Positions 9,679 to 18,372 are shown, counted from the stretch's first letter. The stretch is DNA of 64,000 nucleotides from Gammaproteobacteria bacterium RIFCSPHIGHO2_02_FULL_42_43 (GCA_001801425.1 MGXR01000002.1:11606-75605); one strand, 5' to 3'. A program made the numbers and translations. Notes: generated by a model not told the origin, from the letters alone.

Positions 9679-10300
9679 CACCCCAAATATATTTATGTAA
9701 TTGTATTTGAAAACGCACAGGTAATTGATCTTGCAAAATCCATTCTGCTAATATTTTTTTGTCGAGCTGATCAGCGCTCGGTGAAAATAAAATTTCGCAA
9801 CAATGTTGTAATTGATATTCTGCGATTATTTTTTTTGACCAGTCGTAATCAGCACGATCACAAATCACGAATTTAATTTGATCTTGCTTGGATAAAAAAT
9901 TAAAATTGGAAAAAATATTTTTGGACATTTCATTGGAGCCTGGTGTTTTAATATCAAGAATTTTAATCACACGCGCATCAACATCAGAAATATCGATAGC
10001 ACCACTCGTTTCCAGGGTAACACAATGCTGCAAATCACATAATTTTTTCAGCAAGGCCAAGCAATTTTTTTGCGCCAAGGGTTCGCCGCCAGTAACGGTT
10101 ACATACTTGGTTTTATAATTTGAAACAGTGGTGATGACATCATCAATGGAGATATTGTTTCCGCCAGAAAATGCATAAGCGGTGTCGCAATAGGTGCAAC
10201 GCAACGGGCAACCGGTCAGTCGAATGAAGACGGTTGGTAATCCTGAATAAGTGGTTTCTCCTTGTAATGAAAAAAAAATCTCAGTGATTCTTAGATTCAC
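9662..10300 (-). CDS. queE: 7-carboxy-7-deazaguanine synthase (radical SAM)
   Basis: [36 protein letters not shown] matches the QueE N-terminus and CxxxCxxC cluster. GTG start. Confidence 0.85.
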   Translation of the reverse strand: MNLRITEIFFSLQGETTYSGLPTVFIRLTGCPLRCTYCDTAYAFSGGNNISIDDVITTVSNYKTKYVTVTGGEPLAQKNCLALLKKLCDLQHCVTLETSGAIDISDVDARVIKILDIKTPGSNEMSKNIFSNFNFLSKQDQIKFVICDRADYDWSKKIIAEYQLQHCCEILFSPSADQLDKKILAEWILQDQLPVRFQIQLHKYIWGDVRGR

Positions 10301-10435
10301 TCGCTACCGCTCGTGTCTGTGTCCTGATTTATTTTTACTCGCCGCCGCTCGTGTCTGTGTCCTGATTTATTTGCACTCGCCGCCGCTCTGTCTGTGTCCT
10401 GATTTTTTGGACATAGACACGAGCGGTAGCGAGTG
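10298..10435. repeat. REP-like family 1 array (3 direct copies plus 1 inverted copy)
   Basis: CACTCGCTACCGCTCGTGTCTGTGTCCTGAT occurs at 10298, with variants at 10337 and 10374. Its reverse complement GGACATAGACACGAGCGGTAGCGAGTG is at 10409-10435. The same unit recurs at 31989 and 52908. Confidence 0.85.
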
Positions 10436-10445
10436 GAATTAACAA

Positions 10446-11921
10446 TTAGAAATAAACTCCAAGTTGTAAAATAACAGAGTTGCGTCCTTTGCCAGTGCCA
10501 ACAATGTTAGTAACCGCTCCACGACCTGTCGCCACATCGGCGCGAGAATAATCGCTATCGTGACGATATTCAATGCTTTCTGTCGTTTCAGGCAACAAGC
10601 TTGTGCTTAAAAATGTCGCGTAACTGCTTTCGGGCAGATTCAACGCCAACGCTTCCCACGCATGTCCGTAGGAGACACCCAACGTGGTATCGTATTTTTG
10701 CGCAAACCAAGGTAACACGTAATCAATTTCGGTATGCAATGCGCGCGGCTCAGCACCTTTTCCGTTGTAAACGAGATCGGTCGTAGAATATTTTTCTATT
10801 GCACCTAAGTATTCTCCAATCACTGTCCAAGCGCCACACGTGACATTGCCATACACATCACCACCGCCAACGCGATGCGCAATGTTATTAAAAATAGCGG
10901 AGGTATTTGGCTGAGATACGCCGAAGCCACCGAATTGCCCGGTCGCCGTAGAAAGACCTGTCGCTTGTTGACCTTCAGCATCTGCAACGTTGGAAACCCA
11001 ACCCGCACCCACACTGTAACTACGGCCAGCAATAGCGGAGAAGTGACGCTTCAAGCCCACATTCACACCACCTTGTTTGAATACAGGACTGCCACCAGAA
11101 GTTTGGTAACCAGAAAATCCATACACCGATCCAAATAAACCATTATTGAGCGACACACCCAACAACGCTGCTTGCGAACGGATTTTACCCATCGACACGG
11201 TTAAGGGTGTACTGACCATATCGTTAGCATAACGGCCATAAGGAACATACATCATCCCCATGCTGAAATAAAATGGAGATTTATCTAAATTTCCCAATGT
11301 AAAAAATCCACGGCTCAAATAAATTTGCGAATTCGGCGCGCGATTACCCAAGCTCACCGGGGTGCCGTTGTATGCCAATGACATAAAACCAGTCGCCCAT
11401 GCGCTTGCGATTGCATTAAAATCTAATTCCGCGGTTGATAAATTCACACCATCATTCGGATTGGTACCAAATCCACTCACTGAAAATAATTGACCTTCAA
11501 CGCCGCCGCTCACTTGCAACACGGGACGATCCAACGTGTAACCTTGTGCTGCTAAATTATCCACGATTTTTTGTTTTTGTTGCAAAAGATGCATGTCTTC
11601 ATTCATGGATGACATGTTGAATAACAAATCGGCGCCATCATATAACATTTTTTTGCCTAAAAATGGCGTGGTAGTCACTGTAACGAAATGGGGCCACGGA
11701 GCAGTAGTGCTGCCCGTTTGATGCGCATTTAAATAGGTTACTTGATGTTTTTCTTTTTTTTCTTTTTTTAACTTGCGAACTTCGCGTTCTAATTTTTTGG
11801 TTTCTTTATCCAAACGATCCATCTTAGCATCCGTTGACATTGGTGCTTGCGTTGTCGCAATACTCGATGCAACAAATAAAACCGTTGCTAATGCAGTTGC
11901 AGAAATTAATACTCGCTTCAC
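10446..11921 (-). CDS. outer-membrane beta-barrel porin-like protein with N-terminal charged coiled-coil
   Basis: Signal peptide MKRVLISATALATVLFVASSIA, then DRLDKETKKLEREVRKLKKEKKEK. A long alternating-pattern region ends in ILQLGVYF (C-terminal Phe). GTG start with GGAG upstream. Confidence 0.6.
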   Translation of the reverse strand: MKRVLISATALATVLFVASSIATTQAPMSTDAKMDRLDKETKKLEREVRKLKKEKKEKHQVTYLNAHQTGSTTAPWPHFVTVTTTPFLGKKMLYDGADLLFNMSSMNEDMHLLQQKQKIVDNLAAQGYTLDRPVLQVSGGVEGQLFSVSGFGTNPNDGVNLSTAELDFNAIASAWATGFMSLAYNGTPVSLGNRAPNSQIYLSRGFFTLGNLDKSPFYFSMGMMYVPYGRYANDMVSTPLTVSMGKIRSQAALLGVSLNNGLFGSVYGFSGYQTSGGSPVFKQGGVNVGLKRHFSAIAGRSYSVGAGWVSNVADAEGQQATGLSTATGQFGGFGVSQPNTSAIFNNIAHRVGGGDVYGNVTCGAWTVIGEYLGAIEKYSTTDLVYNGKGAEPRALHTEIDYVLPWFAQKYDTTLGVSYGHAWEALALNLPESSYATFLSTSLLPETTESIEYRHDSDYSRADVATGRGAVTNIVGTGKGRNSVILQLGVYF

Positions 11922-11968
11922 TGTGATCCACTCCTGAAAAAATTACAACGAGCGATCATAAAATAAAA

Positions 11969-12084
11969 GAAGCGCGAGCGCAAGCGACCGCAAAATGGAA
12001 GCGCGAGCGCAAGCGACCGCAAAATGGAAGCGCGAGCGCAAGCGACCGCAAAATGGAAGCGCGAGCGCGAGCGACCGCAAAATT
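11969..12084. repeat. 29-bp tandem repeat x4
   Basis: GAAGCGCGAGCGCAAGCGACCGCAAAATG repeats at 11969, 11998, 12027 and 12056 (last copy variant). It lies between the stop of the propeller gene and the porin start. Confidence 0.9.
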
Positions 12085-12088
12085 TATT

Positions 12089-13663
12089 TCACGGAAATTG
12101 TTCTTGCCATGCTGATTCAGGTTGTATCGCAGCACCCAGCGCAGAAACACCGTTCAACTTAACATTTAATGGATTTGAAATAGTTACCCAGGCACTTCCA
12201 TTCCAATGTAATGTCGTGCCACTAGCACCAACCGCCCAACAACTGTCTGTTTTACTACAGCTGACGCCATATAAATTGACATTTCCCGACGCTGTAACTC
12301 GTGACCAAGCACTGCCATTCCAATGCACAGTGACAGAAGCGCCACTCGCCCTATTACCTACGGCCCAACAATCATTATTATTGATGCAAGTAACACCATT
12401 ATAATTTACATTCGGCAAGCCCGTCGTGGATTGCGCAACCCACGCAGTATTATTCCATCGAATAAAAGCGCGATCATCGCCAACTGCCCAACAATTAGTG
12501 CTTGCGGTACACCACACACTATTGAGATGTTTAACAGGTGATGGTGTTGAGAGATTGCGCGTCCAATTAATTCCATCCCAATGCACCATCAAGTCATTGC
12601 CTATTGCATTGCCAACCGCCCAACAATCTGTCGTGCTATTACAATAAACACTATTGTAACTAACGTTGGGTAATGTCGACACAGTGCTGGTTTGCTCAGT
12701 CCAGTTGCTGCCATTCCATACATTAAAAGATCTGGCGCCTCCAACTGCCCAACAATAATTATTCGCAACACAATGCACACCAAAATAGTTCGAGCTATCG
12801 CCAGAAGAAACTGCCGACCAACTATTCCCGTTCCAATGCAAAAATAATCCCGATTCCCCAACAGCCCATGCATCCGCATAAGACAAAGCAAAAACAGCGT
12901 TCATGCTTCTGTTGAGTGATGACACATTCGAATCACTCCACTGCAATTCAGTAGGCTTATTCCAATGCAAAACATGAACATCATTGGAAACAGCATTGCC
13001 CACCGCCCACGCTTCCGGTAATTGCACCGCTGCTTGTATCGTACTTCCACCCCCGCCAATCACACTTCCTGCAGGTGACAAAGTTGGCACGCCACCTTGC
13101 GATTGCAGCATGCATTGATATTGTCCGACTGCCGCACCGCTTGCATGCGCAACTGCGGTAGTTCCACCTGCGCCGCGCGTCACATTCACAAAATTATTTC
13201 CACTGATAGTCACATAATCAATTAATTCTCTGTCGATCATGACGCGACCGGTGGTTGCATAAGCCGCAGCACTCGCCACTGGAATCGTGGTTGTCGACGC
13301 AGTAATCGCGGTACTCAATGTGCTGGGCGTTGCGGGTGATTGCGGACCCGCACCCGTTACAGTAAATGGGCCTGCAGCACCAGTGAAAGTAAAATTCGTT
13401 AAATTGACATTGCTGGTAACGTCAGTGCAAGCGATGCGACTCGCAATAGTGGGAATCATTAATTGGTGCGTGCCACTTTCTAATCCCGCTTCAGCAATAT
13501 ATAACGCTTTTTGTCCGCCCAGTTGGTTGGTCGTGCTTAGCATATCGCTGTTAACCACATACGTAATAAAAACGCCGATGATAGCGAAAATCATGATTAA
13601 CACGATTGCGACGATGATGAGAAAACCGTGTTGTGATTGTTTTAGTTTTAGTTTCATTTGCAC
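12089..13663 (-). CDS. PilX_N-type pilus protein fused to a 7-8 bladed beta-propeller (candidate pilus tip adhesin)
   Basis: The N-terminus GFLIIVAIVLIMIFAIIGVFITYVVNSDMLSTTNQLGGQKALYIAEAGLESG resembles the PilX N-terminal domain. The C-terminal half has at least 7 repeats of the type (C/A)WAVG....(L)HWNG..W. Confidence 0.7.
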   Translation of the reverse strand: MQMKLKLKQSQHGFLIIVAIVLIMIFAIIGVFITYVVNSDMLSTTNQLGGQKALYIAEAGLESGTHQLMIPTIASRIACTDVTSNVNLTNFTFTGAAGPFTVTGAGPQSPATPSTLSTAITASTTTIPVASAAAYATTGRVMIDRELIDYVTISGNNFVNVTRGAGGTTAVAHASGAAVGQYQCMLQSQGGVPTLSPAGSVIGGGGSTIQAAVQLPEAWAVGNAVSNDVHVLHWNKPTELQWSDSNVSSLNRSMNAVFALSYADAWAVGESGLFLHWNGNSWSAVSSGDSSNYFGVHCVANNYCWAVGGARSFNVWNGSNWTEQTSTVSTLPNVSYNSVYCNSTTDCWAVGNAIGNDLMVHWDGINWTRNLSTPSPVKHLNSVWCTASTNCWAVGDDRAFIRWNNTAWVAQSTTGLPNVNYNGVTCINNNDCWAVGNRASGASVTVHWNGSAWSRVTASGNVNLYGVSCSKTDSCWAVGASGTTLHWNGSAWVTISNPLNVKLNGVSALGAAIQPESAWQEQFP

Positions 13664-13741
13664 TTGCTCCGCTTCGCTACGCGCGTGCTTCTGCGGTCTT
13701 TATTCGCACTTGCTCCGCTTCGCTACGCGCGTGCTTCTGTG
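13659..13741. repeat. REP-like family 2, two direct copies
   Basis: GCACTTGCTCCGCTTCGCTACGCGCGTGCTTCTG(C/T)GGT occurs at 13659 and 13704. A diverged copy is at about 24824. Confidence 0.8.
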
Positions 13742-13745
13742 GTTT

Positions 13746-14219
13746 TTAAATGATATTTCTCAAATTAATCACCGTTCCCAATGTAGTGTTTGTATTATTT
13801 TGCGTGATCGTGAATATCACAGAGATATATCTGATGTTCGCGATCACCGCAGTGACAGCACCCGTGTCATCGTAATAACCAAAAGTAACTGAGGCAACAC
13901 CGTTAGCCAAGGTCAGCGCGTTGCGTTGTAACTGCGTGCCACTCAATGTGTAACTCACGCTCGTATTCGTATTATCGTTGAAAGTAAATTGCGTGCTGGT
14001 TGCAGTGGTGATGTTGCTCGTCGATGGTACATTGCGAAAATCAGATTCTATTCGTGTCAACGCCAATCTTCCTTGCCAATTATTATCCGTCAAATTACGT
14101 TGCAAAAAATAACTGTTAAATCCCGCGTGAATCATGGGTAAAGCAATCACCGCTAATACCGCCAAAATCACAGTGACAATAATAATTTCGATTAATGTAA
14201 AACCGCGATATTTTTTCAT
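13746..14219 (-). CDS. type IV minor pilin (prepilin-type N-terminal cleavage/methylation domain)
   Basis: MKKYRG/FTLIEIIIVTVILAVLAVIALP leader and hydrophobic helix. Confidence 0.75.
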   Translation of the reverse strand: MKKYRGFTLIEIIIVTVILAVLAVIALPMIHAGFNSYFLQRNLTDNNWQGRLALTRIESDFRNVPSTSNITTATSTQFTFNDNTNTSVSYTLSGTQLQRNALTLANGVASVTFGYYDDTGAVTAVIANIRYISVIFTITQNNTNTTLGTVINLRNII

Positions 14220-14617
14220 TAATATAACGCCACCACTGTTTTTAAATCTGCTCTAGAATTTTGCGGGCCCGTCACGATAACATTAATTATTCGATAATTA
14301 GAATCACTGCCGATCGCATAAGGGGTAAGAGTCGACGTGATGGTGTAGCCTGTGATTGCTGAAAGCGCCGTACACACTGCAGGTGAACCACTGACGCATG
14401 GATCGGTTAACCCTGTAAATCCATTCATTCGACGCGAACCAATAATAATATCCATGCGCGCACTCGCTAATGCAATAGCTGTTGTTTGTGGATTCACGCT
14501 CGATGTTTTTTGTAATGTTGTATTAAATGCAATAAACACACTCGTCACCACGAAACCAATAATCACAATAAAAATCACAAGTTCAATCAATGTAAATCCC
14601 ACATTATTTTTTTTCAT
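14219..14617 (-). CDS. type IV minor pilin
   Basis: MKKNNVG/FTLIELVIFIVIIGFVV. The track ORF start at 14656 lies inside the MITE-like element, so the internal ATG at 14617 is preferred. Confidence 0.75.
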   Translation of the reverse strand: MKKNNVGFTLIELVIFIVIIGFVVTSVFIAFNTTLQKTSSVNPQTTAIALASARMDIIIGSRRMNGFTGLTDPCVSGSPAVCTALSAITGYTITSTLTPYAIGSDSNYRIINVIVTGPQNSRADLKTVVALY

Positions 14618-14631
14618 TGCACGCTCAGCTT

Positions 14632-14792
14632 TTCCCGCTTTCAAAAGAATTTTCATCTTTGGGTGATATTGAATGATAATTTGCCTCGAAAATGCTCATT
14701 GACTAACGTGTCAACTCCGCTTTTCTCACCAAATTATCATTCAATCTCACCTCAAATCTGAAAATTTAAGTTAATCAACCTTCAGAGCGGAA
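14632..14792 (-). mobile_element. ~162-bp palindromic MITE-like element, copy A
   Basis: The reverse complement aligns along its length with copies at 18983-19145 and 37733-37894. Long inverted arms (AATTTTCAGATTTGAGGTGAGATTGAATGATAATTT / AAATTATCATTCAATATCACCCAAAGATGAAAATT). Confidence 0.75.
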
Positions 14793-15272
14793 CTACTGTT
14801 GCACGCTCATGTTTCCCGTTTGTTGCGTGATTGTAATCGTACGGCTAAGGTCATCGCGCGTCACGGTGATGGTGGCGTTAGCAGTAAGCGCTGTGGTAGC
14901 AGCGTTGTCGGAATACGGAATACCACGCTCATCAAAAGCAACCAAGTTATTCGGTAAATTCGATAAACCGGAAATAGTGATGCCCGAAACCAAGGTAATG
15001 GTGTTGGTGTTGGTGGAGGGATTGGGTACGGCAGTGCCGCTGATGTTGGTGATGCCATACGTGCTTGGTAATGTAAAATTCACACGAAAACGCTGCCCGT
15101 GTGTGACGGCAAGCATTTGCGTGTAACGCAAATCCCCGAGAATTTGCTGTGTTTGCGCATCTAAATTTGGGGACGTAATAAAACGCGGCACAGCCAATGC
15201 AGCAATGATACTGATCAATATGATGACCAGCACAAGCTCAATCAGGGTAAATCCATTTTGTTTTTTGTTCAT
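14793..15272 (-). CDS. type IV minor pilin
   Basis: MNKKQNG/FTLIELVLVIILISIIAALAVPRF. Confidence 0.75.
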   Translation of the reverse strand: MNKKQNGFTLIELVLVIILISIIAALAVPRFITSPNLDAQTQQILGDLRYTQMLAVTHGQRFRVNFTLPSTYGITNISGTAVPNPSTNTNTITLVSGITISGLSNLPNNLVAFDERGIPYSDNAATTALTANATITVTRDDLSRTITITQQTGNMSVQQ

Positions 15273-15311
15273 AGCTCACTATATACCGAAATTGCGCTAT
15301 GATAGTCAAAT

Positions 15312-15689
15312 ATGAGTTTGACACATAAAAAACAATCTGGCTTCACGCTGATTGAATTGATCATCGTCGTCGTAGTAATTGTGATTATTGCGGCACTCGC
15401 CGTTCCGCGGTTCATTGATTTAGGCACAACGAGCAGGCAAAACGCGACGAATGCGGTGGCCGCAAGTTTAACCACCGTCAGTGCTGCCAATTTCGCGCAA
15501 CGCACCGCTAATAGCAGCACCGGCTCAGCCATTTCCAATTGCACGGACGTGAGTCCGTTATTGCAAGGGGGGTTGCCCTCGGGTTATAGCGTTGGCTCGC
15601 TTGCCGTGTCTGCTGGCGCCAGTGTAAACTGTACACTCACAGGACCGGGTTCTACGTCTGCTTTTTTTGTTGCGATGGGCATCAATTAG
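15312..15689 (+). CDS. type IV pilin (MshB-like position)
   Basis: [36 protein letters not shown]. It is the first gene of the plus-strand assembly operon. Confidence 0.75.
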   Translation: MSLTHKKQSGFTLIELIIVVVVIVIIAALAVPRFIDLGTTSRQNATNAVAASLTTVSAANFAQRTANSSTGSAISNCTDVSPLLQGGLPSGYSVGSLAVSAGASVNCTLTGPGSTSAFFVAMGIN

Positions 15690-15719
15690 GGAGATGCCTG
15701 CCATACGCAAGGAGCAACT

Positions 15720-17447
15720 ATGGGAGATGATCGCGCACTCAATATTCTCATCGCCGATAACGATTCAGGTGACTGCAAACTCATCCAAAAATTGCTAAAA
15801 GAGTCTCAACTAACCTGCGACTACATGATTGCATCTTCGATTGAAGACGCAATGGAATCTTGCAAAAAAAACCGTATCGATTGCGCTATCATCGATTACT
15901 TAATACCTGGGCAACACCTGGAAGGATTGGCGGGAATATCAACTCTACACGCCAAATTTCCACTCATCCCCATCATTGTGCTGACGGCACACGGCAATGA
16001 AGATATTACTGCTGAATCAACCACGCGCAGCGCTTTCGATTACATCAGCAAGAAAAACTTAAATGTGGAGTTACTCGAAAAATCCATTCGCGGCGCAATC
16101 GATAAAATCACATCAACCAAACAACTCAAAGAACAAGAAGCGAAAATCGAGCAAATCACGTATCACGATCCGCTGACCGGTCTTCCCAATAAATTATTGT
16201 TTGAATACACGTTAACAAAAACCTTGGATATTGTAAAAAATCAGAAAACACTGCTCGCGGTATTGTTACTTGAAATTGATCGCATTAAAAATATTAACAC
16301 TGCGCTGGGGTATGAAGCGGGCGATATCCTCTTCAAACAAATTGTCACACAATTGCAAACGGTGCTGCAAAACAAGGAAGCGCTCGCAAGATTCAGTGGT
16401 GATCAATTTGTAATATTGGCAACTAAAATAAATAAAAAAGAAGACGCGGGCCTTATCGCAGAAAAAATACTTCACGCATTTGAAAAACCTTTTTTGGTTG
16501 GATCTAAAAAAATTCATGTGGACATTAGTATTGGTATTGCGACTTATCCGGTCTCAGGTGATACCGCGTTAGATTTAATGCGACGCGCTGATTCTGCGAT
16601 ACAACAAGCCAAACACGCTGGGCGAAATAATTTTCAATTTTATTTACCTGAATTTGATAAAAATGCAATAGAGCATTACCAAATTGAACATGCACTGCAT
16701 GATGCGTTTTATAATCAAGAATTATATTTGATGTATCAACCCATTTATTCACTTGCCAACAATGCGCTGTTCGGTATAGAGCCTTTGGTATGCTGGAAAC
16801 ATCCGGAATTTGGAAAAACGCCTACAGAAAAAATTATTGCGGCTGCCGAAGAATGCGGTCTGATCGTCCCAATTAATAATTGGGCAACCAATGAAATCAT
16901 GCGCGTATATCAAGATTGTAAAACAAAAGGCGCGCCGCCAGCTGCATTGGTCATTCCTCTGTCGGCAAGACAGTTCAATGCGATGAATTGGTTCTTTGCC
17001 ATGCAGCAATCGATGGAAAAATATCAAATTGATTCGCGCAATATTATTTTTGAGTTGCATCAAAGCCGCGCCATCACTGCGCCAACAATACACACCGCAT
17101 TATCTCCCGCCATTGACGCCGGCGTCCAATTTTTTATTGACGATATTGATATGTCCAGCGCATTCGTGAGCCTCATGAACGCGGTCACACTCTCTGGTCT
17201 AAAAATTCGAAAAGCGTTGATTCAAAATATCGAAGATAACGCCAAAGACAGAAATTTTTTAAAAATGTTATTTAATTTTGCGCAATCCATGGGATTCTCT
17301 GCCATTATCGAAGGTATCGAAACCAAAGCGCAAATTGATTTTTTAAAAATATTTACCGAAGGAAAATGCCCGACATACTACATATCAAAACCGCTTGCGT
17401 TAGAGGCCATGCAGAAATTGATGTTAGGATTTGGAACGACAAAATAG
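15720..17447 (+). CDS. REC-GGDEF-EAL protein with degenerate GGDEF (SGDQF) and EAL (EPL) motifs; MshH/FimX-like
   Basis: Receiver domain (ILIADNDSGD...CAIIDYLIPG). GGDEF domain with RFSGDQF. In the EAL domain, EAL>EPL, N>P (VIPLS), ELTE>ELHQ, DDFG>DDID and KxD>KIR. Confidence 0.85.
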   Translation: MGDDRALNILIADNDSGDCKLIQKLLKESQLTCDYMIASSIEDAMESCKKNRIDCAIIDYLIPGQHLEGLAGISTLHAKFPLIPIIVLTAHGNEDITAESTTRSAFDYISKKNLNVELLEKSIRGAIDKITSTKQLKEQEAKIEQITYHDPLTGLPNKLLFEYTLTKTLDIVKNQKTLLAVLLLEIDRIKNINTALGYEAGDILFKQIVTQLQTVLQNKEALARFSGDQFVILATKINKKEDAGLIAEKILHAFEKPFLVGSKKIHVDISIGIATYPVSGDTALDLMRRADSAIQQAKHAGRNNFQFYLPEFDKNAIEHYQIEHALHDAFYNQELYLMYQPIYSLANNALFGIEPLVCWKHPEFGKTPTEKIIAAAEECGLIVPINNWATNEIMRVYQDCKTKGAPPAALVIPLSARQFNAMNWFFAMQQSMEKYQIDSRNIIFELHQSRAITAPTIHTALSPAIDAGVQFFIDDIDMSSAFVSLMNAVTLSGLKIRKALIQNIEDNAKDRNFLKMLFNFAQSMGFSAIIEGIETKAQIDFLKIFTEGKCPTYYISKPLALEAMQKLMLGFGTTK

Positions 17448-17448
17448 T

Positions 17449-18372
17449 ATGCAAATCAATCTCGATTTTTTAAAAAAAAAGTCACCGCCTGGATTATGTT
17501 GCTTATATCTTTTGCCAGATCGGCTAATTGTGACACATGCTTTGTTTGATAATGAAAGACCCAAAATCACTTTTTACGAAGATACACCGATTGAATTAAA
17601 TTCATTTTCCTACACTCTGGATAGGATAATTAAAAAGCACGCGTTGAATGGCATGCCTTGTTCCTGGGTATTGCACGACAGTTTTTATCAAATATTTTTG
17701 CTCGATCCACCTTCGGTTCCCGCAGAAGAAATTCCGCTCGCTTTGCGCTGGCAGCTGAAAGAGTTGATTGATTTTCCAACGGATGAAGCGGCGATTCAAT
17801 ATTTTTCAGTGCCGTTTACACTCAATAACCAACAAAAAATTTACGTGTCTATCGCAAAAAAAGAACGCATACAACCCATTGCAGATATTATTTATAACAG
17901 TGCGCTGGATTTGCAATACATTGATATCGGTGAATTGGCATTACGCAATATCACCGCATTATATGAAGAAGCGGATCACGCTTATTTGGGTTTTCTGGCC
18001 TTCAATGAAAGCAACATTGAGCTTATGATCACGCGCGAAAAAAATCTGTTGCTCAAGCGAAAACTCGAAACACCTTCATTTGTACACACGCCCATCCTCT
18101 CTCAAAAATTACTAACCGCCTTGTCGGCAGAAATTCAAAATTCATTTTCTTATTGTAAAGGTCAGGAACAACACGAAGAACTGCCCGTCAAACTATTGGT
18201 GTCTTCACCCATGCCTGATTTTTTAGCAATGTTTAGTCAGTATGATAATATTCCGGCGGAGCCTTTGCATATTCGACAAAAAATTGATTTTGAATTTATT
18301 ATACCTTCCGATAATTTTTTACCATATGATTTTTTAATTCCCATCGGTGGCGCATTACGTAGGAACAATTAA
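17449..18372 (+). CDS. MshI/PilM-like pilus assembly protein
   Basis: Assigned by position after the MshH-like gene, size (~307 aa), cytoplasmic character and ATGA-type coupling with the next gene. ATG at 17449 preferred over the track's TTG. Confidence 0.55.
   Translation: MQINLDFLKKKSPPGLCCLYLLPDRLIVTHALFDNERPKITFYEDTPIELNSFSYTLDRIIKKHALNGMPCSWVLHDSFYQIFLLDPPSVPAEEIPLALRWQLKELIDFPTDEAAIQYFSVPFTLNNQQKIYVSIAKKERIQPIADIIYNSALDLQYIDIGELALRNITALYEEADHAYLGFLAFNESNIELMITREKNLLLKRKLETPSFVHTPILSQKLLTALSAEIQNSFSYCKGQEQHEELPVKLLVSSPMPDFLAMFSQYDNIPAEPLHIRQKIDFEFIIPSDNFLPYDFLIPIGGALRRNN

Noticed and set aside
10298-12084. Possible CRISPR arrays (the REP family 1 array at 10298-10435 and the 29-bp x4 array at 11969-12084).
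   Set aside because: The 29-bp units are head-to-tail with no spacers. The REP units are separated by only ~6-9 nt of near-identical filler and include an inverted copy. No cas genes are nearby.
12024-12404. 126-aa plus-strand ORF and 64-aa minus-strand ORF (11956-12150) reading through the 29-bp tandem repeats.
   Set aside because: Their repetitive peptide sequences are generated by the DNA repeat. The longer one is antisense to the propeller gene.
14617-14656. Extended N-termini MKILLKAGKAERA, MKIFLKTGGLGK (19120) and MKIFLKIGVG (37869) proposed by the ORF track.
   Set aside because: All three start at the same ATG inside the MITE-like element, and none has an SD sequence. The downstream ATGs give a canonical prepilin leader or sensible N-termini and have purine-rich SD-like sequences.
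15269-15544. 91-aa minus-strand ORF overlapping the MshB-like pilin gene.
   Set aside because: The plus-strand frame encodes a textbook prepilin leader and helix. The antisense ORF has no start context.
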